Source: Octopus sinensis (Eukaryota). From it: DNA of 64,000 nt. The DNA is taken from contig NC_043003.1 in NCBI RefSeq assembly GCF_006345805.1, forward strand, positions 7,254,001 through 7,318,000, read 5' to 3'. Position 1 is the first letter of the stretch. The number at the start of each line of letters is the position of its first letter. Shown in pieces: positions 1 through 13,769 of this stretch. The notes under the pieces were generated by a model, which saw nothing but the letters and a program-made list of their open reading frames with translations, made no database searches and had not been told where the DNA came from. The position numbers were made by a program, and so were the translations under genes.

Positions 1-232
1 GAAATACCTATTTCTGTTTCTTTACTACCCACAAGGGGCTAAACACAGAGAGGACAAACAAGGACAAACAAACGGATTAAGTCGATTATATCGACCCCAG
101 TGCGTAACTGGTACTTAATTTATCGACCCCGAAAGGGTGAAAGGCAAAGTCGACCTCGGCTGAATTTGAACTCAGAACGTAACGGCAGAGGAAATACTGC
201 TAAGCATTTCGCCCGGCGTTCTAACGTTTCTG
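1..232 (-). mobile_element. SINE-A (head AAGGCGGCGAGCTGGCAG, body CCTTTCATCCTTTCGGGGTCGATAAA)
   Basis: Roughly 20 copies across the window, e.g. 2280-2822, 3090-3312, 13080-13245, 19850-20045, 45715-46315, 53989-54068 and 54330-54500. Confidence 0.85.
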
Positions 233-513
233 GGGTCGATGTAATCGACTTAATCCGTTTGTTTGTATTTCTTTGTCAATAATAAGCATGTAATGTAACC
301 ATTCAAATATCATTACTAAATTTCCAACTCCTGTTGCATTTCACGTGGAATTTTTGGTTCTCCACAGTCACCTTGGTGCATAAGTCAAACTATCGTATTT
401 TTTTGGCTGTATATTTTGGTCTTAAAGAAAATTTGACTCGTATGCCTGAAAATATGGTATTGCACTGCAAGTTTACAACGTCTTAAGTCCGTCAAATTTC
501 AGCATTTCATCTA

Positions 514-771
514 TTGGGTTGTCCGGAAAGCAATTTTTGTCTGGTTCCCAAAACATCAAGTACCGAAAATGAAATTTCTTATCTTCCATTTTAAAGGGTT
601 ACAGAATTAAGACAGGTTATAGGAACATAAACCTTCTTCCACGAAAAGATAGCTTAAACTGTGCTCTAAATGGAGGTGTAGTCAAATCCTATTTTATGAA
701 CTCAACCATGTTCTAAAATAAGTCGAAAGGTAAGCTACTATAAATTGGCACGAACTTTCCGGACAACCCAA
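514..771. mobile_element. Mariner-type MITE
   Basis: 17-bp TIR TTGGGTTGTCCGGAAAG / CTTTCCGGACAACCCAA, flanked by TA on both sides. Confidence 0.85.
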
Positions 772-1849
772 TACATTCTATAAAACTGTTAGATCCAACT
801 CCCAACATTTAAGTGATATTCTGACTGTCAAGTTATACCGGACGAAAATCTTACTAAAAAGAAAGCGCAAGCCTCAAGCAGAGTAACCTTCCAAACTTGG
901 CGCAAGGCCAGCAACTTTTTTCACAGAATGGAGGAAGTTGATTATATCGACATCAGTATTTAGCTGGTACTTATTTTATCGACCATGAAAGGATGAAAGA
1001 TAAAGTAGATCTCGGTGGGATTTGACCTTAGATCGTAAAACCCAGAAGAAATTCTGCAAAGAATTTTATCCGACCTGCCAACGATTCTTTCGCCATTGTA
1101 ATATTGAAATAATGGTCAAGTGTCTAAAGTTTGATTTCCAGGAGGAAGAGGATGAGGAAGATGATTAGGAGGGGAGGAGGAAGAGGAACCATTTTTACTT
1201 GAGTAACATGTCATTCCATCCTTGAATGGTTACGATTTCAGTAACAGAGGTGAAGCCGGAGGAGAGGTGGTCACCTATTGAAAAGTTGTAAAGGTTCACG
1301 CAGTAAAGTGTATAATGAAACGAATGTCAGCTCTTACCAAATGCATAACTGTCAAATAAATGGCGGCTGTAAATGAAGTGAAGGGCTTCGTCTTCAGAAT
1401 GGATGTTGTCTAAACATTGGTTGATACAAGCAGCATTCTCCTGAATGAAAAGATGCACAGTATTAGTGAATCAAATTTGCATTATTTCTCTCCTTTTTAC
1501 TTCTTCTCATCCATCTTTCTTTGTTTTTCTCTGTCTCTTTCTCTACCCCCACCCCAGGAGTGCGCATACACACTCATGTAAGCATAGATACTTTCACATA
1601 TACGCATATATATATACATATATATAACACATGTGCATCTGTGTGTGTGTGGTCTGCATTTTATGACAAAGAATGACGTGCATAATATTTTGCAGACGTG
1701 GCTGTGTGGTAAGATGTTTGATTTCCAACCACATGGATCCAGGTTCAGTCCCACTGCGTGACACTTTGGGCAAGTGTCTTCTACGATACCCTCGAACCGA
1801 CCAAAGCCTTCTGAGTGGATTTGGTAGACGGAAACTGAAAGAAGCCTAT

Positions 1850-1881
<32 letters not shown>

Positions 1882-4709
1882 ATATATATATATATATATG
1901 CATGTGTATGTGTGCGTGTGTATGTTTGTGTGTGTGCTTGCGTTTGTCTCCGTAAATTAGCGGTTCGGCAAATGAAAGCGATAGAATAAGTAGCAGGCTT
2001 AACAAAAAAAAAAAAGAAAAGAAAAGAAAACAGCATCGATTTATTCGACTAAAAATTCTTCAAGGCGGTGCTCCAGCATGGCCGCAGACTAATGCCTCAA
2101 ACAGGCAAAAGATAGAAAAAAATAAGTCATTCGTTGCAGAATATTTCTGGCGCCAAATCAAAGAGCTGAACATCTAAGTGCTTGTGTACTCAATGCAACA
2201 TGGTCAATGCTTGAAGAATCGACATTGAAAGACAAACCGTTGTTTTCTCTAAGCAAGCCACAAGAGATAATCCTTTCTACTACAAGGGGGGGGGAATCGA
2301 TTATATCTACCCCAGTACGCAACTGGTACTTAATTTATCGATCCCGAAAGGATGAAAGGCAAAGTTGACCTCGGCAGAATTTGAACTCAGAACGTGAAGA
2401 CGGACAAAATACCGTCTAGCTTGGGGGAGGTGATTAAGTCGATTACATCAACCCAATGCGTAACTGGTACTTATTTAATCGACCCCAAAAGGATGAAAAG
2501 CAAAGTCGACATCGGCGGACATTTTAAACTCAAAACGTAGCGGCAGACGAAATACTGCTAAGCATTTCTCCCGCCTGGACGTGCTAACGATTCTTATTTC
2601 TTTATTGCCCACAAGGGGCTAAACATAGAGGGGACAAACAAGGGTATTAAGTCGATTACATCGACTCCAGTGCGTAACTGGTACTTAATTTATCGACCCC
2701 GAAAAGATGAAAGGCAAAGTCGACCTCGGTGGACTTTTTAAACTCAGAACATAGCGGCAGATGAAATACTGGTAAGCATTTCGCCCGCCTGGGCGTGCTA
2801 ACAATTCTGGCAGCTCCCCTCGTTACAATTAGAGTATAATAATTATTATTATTACGGATACGAAATAGACTCTTCTATTCACAAGAGGTAAACACAAACG
2901 GACCACAAACTGACTTGTAAAAGTAAATCTCTCTCTTTTCTAAAACTTACACTTTGTACCTGCTTGGAAAATACGACGTATAACCACTTTCGTATGCTCC
3001 TTTAATATTGGTTTCAAGGTTTCGGTATTTTGGTACAAGGCTGGCAAGTTCGAGGTGTGGGGCTAATCGATTACATTGATTCCGGCGAGCTGATAGAAAC
3101 GTTAGCACACCGGCCGAAATGCTTAGCGGTATTGCGTCTGTCGTTGCGTTCTGAGTTCAAATTCCGCCCAGGTCGACTTTGCCTTTCATCCTTTCGGGGT
3201 CGATAAATTAAGTACCAGTTACGCACTGATGTCGATGTAATCGACTTAATCCGTTTGTCTGTCCTTGTTTGTCCCCTCTATGTTTAGCCCCTTGTGGGCA
3301 ATAAAGAAACAGATTACATTGATTCCAATATTAAACTGCCGCTTATTTTATCGGCTCCGAAAGGATGAAATGAAATGTAAAGTCGATCTCGGTGGAATTT
3401 GAACCCAGAACCTAAAAAATGGACGAAATGCCACTTAGCTTTTTGTCCAGCGCGGTAACGATTCTGCCAATTCACCGACTTATATACTTTTTTTTATTCA
3501 ATATCATAGAAGAAGCTACATTAAGGTCTCAATGGTTAACCAAAACATATTTCAGTTCCCAATAGTTGCTAACATTAAAATGCTCTCCGCCCCGAGATGA
3601 TGTCATTGCTGTATACCCTGTCATACTAATTAGCATAAAAATGTCATCCGAATGGTTGGTACAGAGTTTCTAATCATCACACACAACACTAAAGTCCACA
3701 AATCTGCTTTCTCTTCCATTTTCCTTTCCATTTTTCCCTACACTGGGCCCTGTTCCTTGGAACTGGCTGATGTCCTGTTGCTCTCACTCAATCTGACCTG
3801 ATTCACTCGTCTCCCTTCATTTCGTCAGTCATATTTCATCTGCCATCTTATGCCCCTGCACTAGACACACCAACCACTCCGTTCTTTTCAGAATGTCATT
3901 CATCTGGAATTCATTCTCTGCTCATGAATGGTTGTTGTTTAAGAAGAACATCAGCTACACCAACTTCCTTTAGTCTCAGAGATCCTATGGTGGCTAAGAG
4001 TACAGGCTCTGCATTGAGTTCAGGCCCTTCCATTACAAAGATATTAAAAACAAAAATGAATCTCTATTGACCAAGTCGATAGTATAATGGACTACTGACG
4101 ACAGATTGTATACAGTCGCCATCTTTGTCCTTAATAAAGATACTCGCTGGATCACTCACCAGAGTACATGCAGTTGTTGCTTAGCCCAAGTAAGCTCTCA
4201 CCGAATAGACCTATGATCAGAGACATTCTAGCCGTAACCATCCAGGCATAATATACTCTGGTTACATTATCCAATATGTCTTTTCTTTAAGACGGTAGGG
4301 TATGATTCGAGACTAAATTGACTGCTATTTCTTAGCAAGTCGTGCAGCCACGTAGATGGCTCCTTATTTGAATATAAGCATATATTATGGATAGGCACAA
4401 CTCATGCTTGAAAGCAGTGAGAGCACTACAGAATCAACGAGGACCTCGTTAGCTTGCCCTGCTGAGTTCTTCCCCTCCTGTATATCCTTCTGATTATTTA
4501 GAAAGACAATAGAAAACATCTCCTACAGATAACCTTGGGATACTAGCACCGAACGGAGTTAGGTTCTGATATATATTACAATGCTTGTATTATTTGATGT
4601 CCAGCCGTTCAACAAAGCATAAACGAGTGGGATATCGAACTCAATTGCCGGGGAACTTCGTTTGTAATTTTTTATGAACGAAAAAAAAAAGTGCAGTTTC
4701 TCTTGTATA

Positions 4710-5498
4710 CATGTAGCCTCGTTTATCACTGATTTATTCATCGCTGGTCTGAGATAACACGGTACGCTCAAATTTGAACCATGTTACGTTTGTCACGGAT
4801 TGATCTATGATAACATGGGTCAGCTATCAGTCAAATATTTTACTTGTACCCCAAACGCGCCTCACTGACCATCGACAATGTTCAGCTGCCCAGAATACAT
4901 TGACTATCGCTTATGTTTACACCGTCATGCTGCGAGGTTGCGTATTTTTTGAACGGACTTATGCACTCTTGCTCTTCGACATAAAACCGAAGAAAAAAAT
5001 ACGAAGGCGCCTAACCCTAACAGACGACACAGACAAGTGTATTCTGGTGTATTCTCTACAGGAAAAGATAGAAATGATTAAGAAAATATGTAAGGGTGGA
5101 AGCTTCGCTGCTGTGATCAGTGAATCTACTATTCGTTTTCGTTTACAGTGTGCAGGGAGGCGGCTCATTTATCACTGATCTATTCATCACCGTTTTTTAA
5201 AGACAGAATCCCGTGATAAACGAAGGTAGATGTATAATGAATAAATGGCCGTAATAAAAAAAAAAATTATGATTACTTACAGGAGAGAGTTGCTCATAAA
5301 CCACAGCCATTGCAGGTTTATTGAAACAACAGAAGTTAACACTGAAAGAAGAAAGATGAAGAATAAAAAGATTGCAACGAATATCAAGCAAAACGTTAAT
5401 GTGTTGGACAAAAGAAAAAAATAGTGACCGCCTTAGTCATTGAGCTTCTAATGCAGAACGATCGGATATCTTTATCACTTCGGTGAATCGAGGTCAGA
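4710..5498 (+). mobile_element. pogo/Tigger-like transposon relic
   Basis: SLQEKIEMIKKICKGGS..SESTIR resembles the CENP-B/pogo N-terminal HTH. Tigger-like end CAGTCTGACCTCGATT on the minus strand at 5498. Confidence 0.45.
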
Positions 5499-5568
5499 CT
5501 GATAATACAAACAAATATAAACTTTATGGATATTTTTTTCTGTCTGCCTATCTGTTTACATCTGTCTG

Positions 5569-5671
<103 letters not shown>

Positions 5672-6666
5672 CTTCTACCATATAAATGCGAATCTATGTG
5701 GTTATGTATCCGTTTTAAGCCCCAAAAGGCTCTAAAACTATGCATCCTCTAGAAAAACGAATTTGATTTTCGAAATCTGTATCCAAAAGGGAATGTTGTC
5801 CGTAAATAATAATAATAATAAGAATTTTCTACGAGAAGCAACTCAACTTTTAGATCTACAAATCTCACACTCTCTATCTGTCAACATCTCACTCTCTGTA
5901 TATATATATATTAACTCTCATGCACTACTTTCATTTTGTTTAAAATCTCGTCTGCTAATGCTTACTTTCATTTTATGACGTACAAATTCTGTTTTCTGAT
6001 TGGGTAAAAATTATTAAACTGTAAACCTTTGTAAAATGATCAAACTTTAAACCTCTTTCTAAAATCACAAACTCAGATTCAGCATGAAAAAGCACATCAA
6101 TATACCAAATTTGAAAATTTTCGCATAATTTCAAAATTTCAAAATCTGTGACAGTAACAGAAAAGATCTCTCTCTATTTGTCTATCTCTTTCATTTTCTA
6201 ATGGTAAAAGTTCTCATTCTCTATAAAAATATATCGCTCACGCTGTGTGTGTGTGCACGTCTGCATTTGTGCGTATGCACGTGTGTAAAGAATTTCATTA
6301 GAGCGGCAGAATGGTTTTGAAAAGGTATGTAAAAGAATTCATTTTAATAGCATTCTTTTCTGTTAGTAAATATGTTTTTTAATTACACATACACGCGCGC
6401 GCACTAACACACATACGTACTCGTTCGGAAGGGGGTGGGGTGTTGAAAATTAAAATTACAAATTTTTGATTTTGTTTTTAAATTCCAGCAATGGCCCACC
6501 GAATCATCATTCCATAAATTGTATTTACGGAGAGAAAAATAGTGAAAAGCATCAATACATATCATCAGAGTGACAAAGAAACGAGGAAAGTACCAGGTGG
6601 TCGTGGGCTGTGCTACAAACAACAACTAAATCTTTTCGTCAGAAAATTATTTTGAAATTATAAACA

Positions 6667-6831
6667 GGCGCAGGAGTGGCTGTGTGGTAAGTAGCTTGCT
6701 AACCAGCCTCATGGTTCCGGGTTCAGTCCCACTGCATGGCATCTTGGGCAAGTGTCTTCTGCTATAGCCTCGGGCCGACCAAAACCTTGTGAGTGGATTT
6801 GGTAGACGGAAACTGAAAGAAGCCTGTCGTA

Positions 6832-6907
<76 letters not shown>

Positions 6908-7115
6908 ATGTATGTGTGTGTATATGTTTGTGTGTCTGTGTTTGTCCCTCTAGCATTGCTTGTGTGTTTACGTCCCCGTCACTTAGCGGTTCGGCAAAAG
7001 AGACCGATAGAATAAGTACTGGGCTTACAAAGAATAAGTCCCGGGGTCGATTTGCTCGACCAAAGGTGGTGCTCCAGCATGGCCGCAGTCAAATGACTGA
7101 AACAAGTAAAAGAGT
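6667..7115 (+). mobile_element. SINE-B full length (tRNA-like head GGCGCAGGAGTGGCTGTGTGGTAAG, internal TA/TG microsatellite)
   Basis: A/B-box-like head (GGTTCAGTCCC). Further copies at 1695-2110, 9428-9592, 11795-12165, 24975-25600, 37955-38265, 41170-41580, 48297-48706 and 56515-56850. Confidence 0.85.
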
Positions 7116-7793
7116 AAAGAAACAAATTGTAGATTCGAACTGTCCATATTTTGAAATTATGATAAAAAAAATTCGCCCCTCCCCCGAAATTTTAGGAGGG
7201 GTTGTGAAAAAATTTTTTAAATTTCACTTTTGTTTTTGAAAATAAAGGCAGTGGGGATTGTGATGGCGGTCACTGATAGAGTAATCGATTAAGTAAACAA
7301 GACGGAATTGGTATAACTCTTTATTTTGTACAACGTTTCGATCCATCTTACAACTGTCCTTTAGCAAATTGCCCCAACTGCGGATGGCATCAGGTAGCCC
7401 GAACAGTGCCAGTGGTTTACTCAACACACCAGCACACTAACTGACATATACTCATTAGTCCAAAATATTACATGCACGCACACACACACACACATACGCA
7501 CACATACGCACGCTCATATACATAAACATACATTCATATACATATACTTACATCTCTTTCCATATATAATAAAATGAGATGGTAAAGGAATAAACGGTTA
7601 TCTTATGAATTTCATTAGCTTACAGCTGTTTCTACAATAATATGCAGCGCACTCATATTTGGGTGCCCGAGTAACACCCTATAGCTTCCTCGGAGTCTCG
7701 AATATGAAGTGTAATTTATTCTGGGAAAGAATTACATTTATACATACATACATATATATAGAAATTGTAAATTAGGGTATCTACGAGTTTTAA

Positions 7794-7838
<45 letters not shown>

Positions 7839-8129
7839 TATATATATATAGTGGAGGTGCAATGGCCCAGTGGTTAGGGCAGCGGACTCGCGGTTTCGAT
7901 TCCCAGACGAGGGCGTTGTGAGTGTTTATTGAGCGAAAACACCTAAAGCTCCACGAGGTGGTTGCGATCCCTGCTGTACTCTTTCGCCACAACTTTCTCT
8001 CATTCTTTCTTCTGTTGGCCTGCTCGCTTAGCCAGCGAGGTGGCGTCATTTGAAGGCTAAAACAATGCGAAGCGCATTGTGACCAGCGATGTGTAGCAAC
8101 ATCTGATTGCCTGGTCGGAAAAGAAAGAC

Positions 8130-8179
<50 letters not shown>

Positions 8180-8192
<13 letters not shown>

Positions 8193-8475
8193 GAAATGAA
8201 GAAAATGCTGACAAAATAATTTAAGTAAGGGAGAGTGTATTTAATTAGGTGAAAGTTCTTTTTACCGGTTGCGCATTTATTATGCTTATCAAAAGATATA
8301 TTGAGTAAGATAGAGTTCCTTTCTGCAATCAGAAAGGAACTCTATCTTACTCAAAATATCTTTTGATAAGCATAATAAATGCGCAACCGGTAAAAAGAAC
8401 TTTCACCTAATTAAATACACTCTCCCTTACTTAAATTATTTTGTCAGCATTTTCTTAATTTCCTTTTATATATAT
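8180..8475. repeat. 296-bp near-perfect palindrome (fold-back element) in (TA)n
   Basis: About 146-bp arms, CAAT loop at 8326-8329, 2 mismatches found by eye. Confidence 0.95.
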
Positions 8476-8506
8476 CACAACTCGTGTTCCACATCTCCTT
8501 TTTTAA

Positions 8507-8575
<69 letters not shown>

Positions 8576-8578
<3 letters not shown>

Positions 8579-8806
8579 AGATGTACTTGCATAGCAAGTG
8601 ACCTGATTTGAGATCGTGTGCTGGAACGAAAACAATTGCAGCGTGGAAGGTGTTTATAAGCCATTTAAGAAACACACAAAAACCGTTAGATTCACTTCAA
8701 CATTTAAATTTAATTTGTCAAATTAAATTTAAATGTCGAAGGGAATCTAACGGTTTTTGTGTGTTTCTTAAATGGCTTATAAACACATTCCACGCTGCAA
8801 TTGTTT
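8576..8806. mobile_element. Fold-back MITE: palindrome 8630-8806 centred at 8718; partial copy at about 45410-45556
   Basis: About 88-bp arms with a 1-nt loop. The left end GGAGATGTACTTGCATAGCAAGTGAC reappears reverse-complemented at about 45530-45556, followed by TA. Confidence 0.8.
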
Positions 8807-9592
8807 ATATATATATATATATATATATACATATATATAAATCATTACGAATGAGAAAGCCAACGTGCGTGTATGTGTATGAGTGTGTGTGTGTGCGTGC
8901 GTGCATGTACATATGTATGCATATGCTCAACATGTTCTCTGCGTTTCCTTCAGGAAGAGAACTATTTTCCTAGGGGTAAAACAAAAGGTATAGATCCCTT
9001 CGGTCATGGATGACAATGGGATTACACCTAGAAACTTCCCTTCAGAGGCTCGGACCTCCTCTCTTCACGCCACCGATGTTACCCTAGGGAAAGGCAAAGG
9101 CCAATACAGCTTGGCGCTAGTGACATCACAACTCATTCCTACAACTGAATGAACTGGAACGAGTCTAGGACATTTACCCCAATTGACAACAACTCAGTTG
9201 GACAATTACGCCTAAGCAGTTAATCCTCGATGTGTACCGTATTTTCCGGTGTATAAGCCGCTTTTTTTTTTACCAGTGCCATTAATTTACGCTCTGTTAC
9301 CTGATAAAAGCCAAACTACTCACACAAATTTTCTGGAACAACTAAAATCATTGAAACAAGATTTAGCACCCAAGACTATCATGGCAGATTTTGAAAAGGC
9401 CGTGATTAATAGTTTACATTTACATTAGGCGCAGGAGTGGCTGTGTGGTAAGTAGCTTGCTTACTTACCACATAGTTCCGGGTTCAGCCCCACTGCGTAG
9501 CACCTTGGGCAAGTGCCTTCTACTATAGCCTCGGGTCGACCAAAGCCTTATGAGTGGATTTGGTAGACGGAAACTGATAGAAGCCCGTCGTA

Positions 9593-10051
9593 AATAGTTT
9601 GAAGGAGGGAGGCGTGACAATATTGACGATAGACTCAGCTGATAAACCGACTCGTCCCACACGTGACAGCAGTTGTTCGACATAAACCCACAGGTCGGAA
9701 ATTGTTGGACACTGCACGAGTGCGTGCAGAACGGTTTCGTCGCTCTGACCGCATCTCGGGCAGGTCGGCCCCGTGTTTCTCGAGCCGTGTCTGTAGAGCT
9801 TATCCCGAACGGGTAGCGCTTCTCGGTAGCACTGCCAGGCCAGGGATCTCTGGAAGTTGTCCATGGGCCCTGGCCCGAAAGTCGTCCCGAACAGGCGGGT
9901 CAGGTATTCCTCGTCGACGTCCAGGTTCGCCCCAAGATCGTCGTCGTACCTCCTCTCCACTAACCCCCTATAGAATGCTTTGGTTGTGATGGAGTCACTC
10001 AAGGTTGACCCAGGACGGCAGAGTTGCTTGAGAGCAACGCGACACTCGCGG
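9593..10051 (-). mobile_element. L1/Tx1-clade LINE ORF2 C-terminal fragment (CCHC zinc finger)
   Basis: WQCYREALPVRDKL..CPRCGQSDETVLHALVQCP. GC-rich island abutting (TATC)n and a truncated SINE-B. Confidence 0.8.
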
Positions 10052-10112
10052 TATAGATAGATGGATAGATAGAGATAAATAGATAGATAGATAGATAGAT
10101 AGAGATAGATAA

Positions 10113-10155
<43 letters not shown>

Positions 10156-10594
10156 GATAGATAGATAGGTAGATAGATAGATAGATAGATAGGAAAATGT
10201 AAGATCCAAGGATCAAGATGTAGGAAGTTAGTAAGTCTCAAGCAGTCTGTAGAAGGTATAAAATAACAACTTTCAGGAAGAATAATGGTTTATTGACGCA
10301 GAAGGTTGAGAATTCTTCCCGTCTCGAAGTACGATAAACAGAAAAAAGTTAATTTTATAGTTGACGGTTAGCAACAGAAGTTGTTGTATATGCGAATAAA
10401 CACCCCAAAAATTAGGAAATGAATTGGATAAAATCCAGGCCACATATGTTTCATAGCTAACGGAACCTCGGATGTAATAAATTATCCAAGCGAGGGGTGG
10501 ACCGCCAGCTACACTCCAGGCCAAAGTTACCCTAACTATATGAAGACTCGTTAGGGATTCTTACCATATTTTTTGGGATATATATATATATATA

Positions 10595-11695
10595 CTAGCA
10601 TTAAAGACCCGTTGTTGCCGGGTCATAGTGCTAGTGCATGTATATATGTGTATATATATGTGTACATATTACATGTACATCTATATATATATACATCTAC
10701 ACATAAAATACAAAATACAAAGTTATATCTTGATATCGCTAGTGATAACAATACTCAAAATATATAACAGACTAGAATTGTTAGCCCGTCTCTTGTAATT
10801 TCGATCAATTGTATCTTGTCCTCCCTCTTGTATAGAAGTGTGGCTACAATCCAGCCTACCTCTACTTCTGGGGGGAGGGGGGCATTTTAAATTTTTCCGG
10901 GACGTCCTACGTCCCAGATACAAAGATAAAAATAAAATATTTCCACTTTGCAAGTTCGAGTCGAGTACTCCCTTGCTTCTATTGTGGCGAATTTACCGCC
11001 TCTGATTAGATACCTTTCATAGTCGCACCAAGACACTTTTCGAAGGTGCTTTCCTCCATGTTTTCAAATCTTTTTTCTCTACATTGTATATTTTATAGAC
11101 AATAGTCTTTTCTTTAATTCAATTTTTTATTATCTATCTGGACTATTCCATTTCTGCACGCTAATTTTATTTTTAATTTATTCCCATTCATGTGAAACCA
11201 CTTACTCAAGTTCAAGTCATTGATGCAATTTTATACCAATTGCTATTTTTACTTTTGTTATGTTACGATTATATTATACTTTAGTTTGATTTTAATTATT
11301 ACTTACTACATATAATTCAATTGTTATTATTATTTTTATTGTTAAAGTGAAAGTATCTGACATAAAACAGAGAAATGTTTTTGTTTCACTTTTAACACGT
11401 AATACTGAAATAGTGGAGAAGATATGATATTGCTATAGGCAAGAAGTTGAACATTTTTTTGCCCATGAAACTACACGGACCCTAAGTAAGGCATGTGTAA
11501 AATTTGAATGGAATTGGTTGTGTAGTTCTCAAGTTTTAGGGAATCGTAGTGGAGAAGATATGATATTGCTATGGGCTCGCCCTAGGCAAAAAGTTAAAAA
11601 AGTTTTTTGCCGATGACACTCCCCGGACCCTAAGTAAGGCATGTGTGTAATTTGAATGAAATTGGTTGCGTAGTTCTCAAGTTTTAGGGAAACAC

Positions 11696-11730
<35 letters not shown>

Positions 11731-11780
11731 CACACACACACACACACACACACACATTCTCAGTTTTATATATATAAAGA
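10595..11780 (-). mobile_element. Non-autonomous Helitron with internal ~138-bp tandem duplication
   Basis: A|TC 5' end at 11780, GACCCG-GCAACAA-CGGGTC hairpin and CTAG|T at 10595. Duplicated block at about 11410-11690. Confidence 0.7.
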
Positions 11781-12439
11781 TATATATATATCTTTAATCT
11801 TTTAGTTGTTTCAGTCATTTGACTGCGGCCATGCTGGAGCACCGCCTTTTAGTCGAGCAAATCAACCGCAGGACTTATTCTTTGTAAGCCTAGTACTTAT
11901 TTTATCGGTCTCTTTTGCCGAACCGCCAAGTTACGGGGATGTAAACACACCGGCATCGGTTCTTAAGCGATGTTGGGGACAAACACAGACATACAAACAC
12001 ACATGCATATACATATACGTATATATGGCGGGCTTCTTTCAGTTTCCGTCTAACAAATCCACTTATAAGGCTTTGGTCGGCCCGAGGCTATAGTAGAAGA
12101 TACCTTGCCCAAGGTGCCACGCAGTGGGACTGAAACCGGAACCATGTGGCTGGTAAGCAAGCTATTTTATTTCAAAATTTTGCCATAAAGGCATGACACA
12201 GAGTAGCTTGCGGGCTGGACAGAAACATTATTGAGATGAATGATGAAGAAAGATGATATTGATGGAAGAAGACAAAAAACGCCCCCCGATTTTTGCTTCT
12301 CTAACACATTATTCTTTTTTTTTAAAAAAAAACAAAATGAGGTTTTAAACCTCTTACTTTAGTTTTTATAATTGTTCCATTACAATTTTTTTTTTGTCAT
12401 TTTACAAAAAAAAATACACAAAAATGAGGTAATAAATCT

Positions 12440-12995
12440 CTCACACAGACTGAGACACCAAGTCACTTCAATCATCCCCTATCAATTCTCTTGCCGCCTG
12501 CAGGCAATCCCTCAGTCGCAAGTCGGGGCCCCAAAACATATAATTGTAATATTTCTTCCAACAGGACTCCGTTATTCGAAAGAAATCTCTTTCTTTCACC
12601 ACCAGCGCAGCCAGCTGCGGAGGCCAATGCTGACTATCAGAACAGGCCGACTCCATCAGGTCCTGACCTTCAAGACAACTCTCTACAAAGTTGTCAACAA
12701 CCTCTCCCCTAAGATAGAAAACCACATATTCTTTACTTTCACTGGGAGAGGTCACAGCTTCCTCTGTCGGCGGCACGATTCCCACCGAAGAGGCCTCGGG
12801 ACATGCCGGCAGTACATTGCACACCTCCGGCACTGTCCCATTCTTCTTTTCTTTTTCTTTTTTAACTTTGGTGCGGGAGGGGTTGGCTCCTTCGCCATAA
12901 CCGTAGGAACCTCGTTTCCTCGCGCAACCTTGGGATCCCTCGGAGAGCAACCATTGTTGCTCCCCTTCTTCCTTTTTCCGGGGTAGGTCACTCCC
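12440..12995 (-). mobile_element. GC-rich ORF fragment, probably retroelement ORF1-derived
   Basis: 160-codon frame in a GC-rich island that starts abruptly at (TA)n. No recognisable catalytic motif and no clear splice signals. Confidence 0.35.
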
Positions 12996-13769
12996 TCCTA
13001 TATATATATATATGTGTATCCAACATTATGAAAACTTCCAAATTTTGGCACAAGGCCCGTAATTTTAGGGAAGGGATAAGTAGATTCAGTCGACCCTAGT
13101 ATTCAACTGGTACTTTATTTTATCGACTCTTAGAGGATGAATGGCAAAGTCGACTTCTGCGGAATTTAAACTTAGAACGTAATCAGCCGGAAGAAATACC
13201 ACTAACCATTTTATACACAGCGTTAACGATTCAGCCAGCTTTGACAGGCCTGTATATATATATATATATATATATATGTATTTATATGTGCACACCTCAC
13301 ATACATTTATATATACGTGTGCATATGTGTGTGTAGGTTACGATTTTTTATGTCAAGTGTGAATAAAGTCAATTTAATATTAAAGTGAAGAATCTTTTCT
13401 GCTCTAGGCACAAGGCCCAAAATTTTGGGGGAGGGGGCCAGTCGATTAGATCGATACCAGTACGTAACTGGTACTTAATTCATTGGCCCCGAAAGGATGA
13501 AAAGCAAAGTCGATCTCGGTGGAATTTGAACTCAGAACCTAAAGACAAACGAAATACCTCTAAGCATTTCGTCCGGCGTACTAGTAAAGAAAAAAGAAAC
13601 GTTAGTACACCGGACGAAATGCTTAGAGGTATTTCGTCTGTCTTTAGGTTCTGAGTTCAAATTCCACCGAGATCGACTTTGCTTTTCCTCCTTTCGGGGC
13701 CAATGAATTAAGTATCAGCTTAATAATGAGCAAATGCCTTTTGTATGTATATATATATATATATATATA

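Noticed and set aside
7600-7680. GAAACAGCTGTA palindrome (minus strand) as a hammerhead
   Set aside because: The CUGANGA core is not recognisable; at most a decayed Penelope-like remnant.
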